Shown one piece after another: positions 61,483 to 64,000 of a DNA stretch of 64,000 bases. The notes under the pieces were generated by a model. That model was not told where the DNA came from. It searched no databases and worked only from the letters and a program-made list of their open reading frames with translations. The translations under genes were made by a program, and so were the position numbers. This DNA is from the human T2T-CHM13v2.0 reference genome, Homo sapiens. How positions within the stretch are numbered: position 1 is the stretch's first letter; every line of letters begins with the position of its first letter. The DNA is taken from assembly GCF_009914755.1 (NCBI RefSeq), contig NC_060937.1. One strand, given 5' to 3'.

Positions 61483-62959
61483 GTTTTAACCCTTCGTGGG
61501 CATTGTTCTGGAAACAGGAAAAGGACCCATCTTATTCCAAAAGGCAAGTTTCATATTTTAAATGAATTCAGGATAAGAAAAATAAGAGGGTTGCCTGTTG
61601 TTTTTGCATAGAAACTATATTTCTATGCAAACACTTCCAGCAGAACTTTTATTTTGGGTTTTAAATAAGAGGGAAGCATTGTTGGAGAGACACAGTGAAA
61701 TTACTGTGGAGAATGTATAATGGCTTTGAGGCTGATTGGGAGAAAATGTGTCCAGTTCCTGGATCAGAAAAGATAATGGTCACCAAAAGTAGTTCCCAAT
61801 ATCTCATATAAGCAAAATGTATCTCAATTCAGGTACTGTAGGTCGAGGGGGAACAATGGGTAAATGTGAATGTCATGTCTTTAAAATTCATCTTGACTTC
61901 TGGATTTATGCATTTGAAAGAGCATTAGTGGGGTTAAGTACATTATAAGGCTAGGGGATTGGGACTGAATCTTTTCTAATTCTGCAGAAAATACAATTCC
62001 CAGAATATTTAAACATAAAAGTTAATGAGTTAACCATGAGAATAATAGCATAGAATTTTCCCTTTAATTTTTTATTACAATTTAACAAATTTTTTATTCG
62101 AAGCAAATAATTTTTAATAAATGAGTACATCTGAAAAATAAAGCAGTCAAGCATTGCTTTTTAGCGTGAATACATACCTATTCTAAAAACTGCCCTATGT
62201 TTGTTAAAATTGCAAAATAAATATTTTACAACCTGAAGATTATACATAAGAAAAGACTGAATAACATGATGGGGTCATGACTATGCTAAAATGTTGGCTG
62301 AAAATAGTAAGAAAGAAAATTCTACATATGGTTAAGGTCTCAACAATCTCTTTTTAAAAGATGTTGGAAGAAGCCTGGAAGAAAATCCACTAAAGTGTTC
62401 TTAATGGTTGCCTTCAAATGGTGGTGTCATGGTTGAATTTTTTCAGCTTTATGTTTCTATTTCCATATTTCATATAATCTGCATGCTTTATTTTTACAAT
62501 CCTTAGGGGGAGTAAAACAAACTTTCCATGAAATTATAACATAGAAGTATTCATATTTCTATTTCATTAGAGATGATATTCACACACCAAAAATTTGCCA
62601 GCTTTCTCTCCTTTTCTTTTTACTTGCTAATTTACTCTAATCTTACCAGGATTTTTTTTTTTTTTACTTCTTCTTAATCTCAATGAGAATTTTACTTTGA
62701 AAGAAGGAGCTCTAACTTTTTTTTTCCTACTCTAAAACAGTGTTTGTACTTTTTTCTGGACTCCAAGTTGGATGCCTTCACCAAAGTGGTTTCAAAGACT
62801 GGAACAAAAAAGCCTCCATCGAGGCCCTGGCTAGCACAGTCCCTGTTACTTTAAGAGTAGCATTCCACCTCCCCCTCACACCCACATACTTGTCCTCTCT
62901 TTGCACAGCAAGTGCCAAGCAGTGACATCTACTATAGTTTCTAGGACACGATGGTCTCT

Positions 62960-63200
62960 GCTCTACAGGGAAAAAGAGCGAGCGGGACAGAAAGAAGGCG
63001 GGTGGTGAGGGAGAAGGAGCACAAGCCCAGCTATGTTCCCAGAGGAGGAGTCACTTCCTCGCAATAATCCTGAGATGCTGTTTATGGCTGTTCTGCTGAT
63101 ATGAAGCCTGGAGCCGCAGGATGCAGCCTCCCCCTGGCTGTCCATTAATCACGAGGGGCTGTTACAGAGTGTACAGAGTGGGAGTTCTGCCTACAAGTGG
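62960..63200. promoter_or_regulatory. Putative enhancer/promoter element (AP-1-like, ETS, C/EBP-like, FOX motifs)
   Basis: Unique, GC/CpG-enriched patch with gagtcacttcctcgcaat and tgtttat; motif inference only. Confidence 0.3.
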
Positions 63201-64000
63201 CCTCTAACTGTCTCCAGCTCAATGAAATGAACCTGTGTGAAAACTTGTTTTATGAGAGATTGGTTTATTTGTAACTAAACTACTTCCTCTGTTATTTGAT
63301 AAGCTCAAATATTTGCTACTGATAATCTGAGAGTGTCACATTTATTATCCTGTTTCAGCCGTTGCCTAACTCCTTTGGAACTGACTCCGTTAACTCTTTG
63401 AGGGACAGCAGTAGGTTTTAGAGGACCGGTTTCTATTTTCTTTCAGCAAAGCCAATGCTATCTTTCAGACACTGAGTCAGCATTATTTTAGAACAGCTAT
63501 GACATGTGAATCAAAAAGAAGCCTTTCTCTTCCAAAACAGAAAGCAGACAACCATAGTAACAGGAGGCTCTGATAAATTCCCTGGAGGTTCTGAAGCCAC
63601 CATGAAAAGGAAGGAAAGGTATTCTGACTTACTAATATAAAAATGGTTTTGCACGTGCTAGGATTTCTGAAATCACACATTTTCAATATGTTCAGGATGA
63701 CTTTCTATAGTTTGTTAGACCCTCAAATATCTATGTGGGGCATGATCTCTAAATCCGGCAGCATTCTGCATCTTGACACTTGGCCTTTTGGAGTCTGAGC
63801 TCATTTGCATTTGGCAGGACTTGATTTCCTGCTTTGACAGAACGGCGGTAAGGTGGTGGTGAAAGCCTTTACAGTGCTCCCTCGAAGGGCTCAAAGGACT
63901 TTCTGGATATATAAAATTATGTTTCCAAGAATTAAATGGACCAGAATGAGGCAGATTTTGTTTGAAACCAGGCTCTGTTACATGCAACACATCTGAAAAA

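Overview
Primate (very probably human) nuclear DNA, AT-rich and intronic or intergenic. No intact protein-coding gene is recognisable. The ORF track is explained by Alu and L1 fragments and chance ORFs. The window is dominated by interspersed repeats: about 18 Alu copies or fragments (J, S and Y classes), a near full-length but dead L1PA7-10-type LINE-1 (minus strand, ~17.9-24.4 kb), older L1M/L2/MIR fragments, a solo ERV1 LTR (LTR1 family), several MaLR LTRs, and Tigger/MER DNA transposon relics, some nested. Strong minus-strand splice signals (27598-27565, 3623-3489, acceptor at 536) suggest exons of an unidentified spliced transcript, likely a lncRNA or UTR. The most notable signals are a 179-bp, ~97%-identical inverted repeat of apparently unique sequence (55579-55757 / 56542-56720), a very young AluYh7-like insertion, a 40-nt tailless 5S rRNA retropseudogene with TSDs, a perfect 25-bp hairpin beside the L1 5' end, a candidate recursive-splice site and a 14-unit GGAA microsatellite. 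Repeat subfamily names are from recalled consensus sequences, not a database search. I found no convincing new multi-component biological system.
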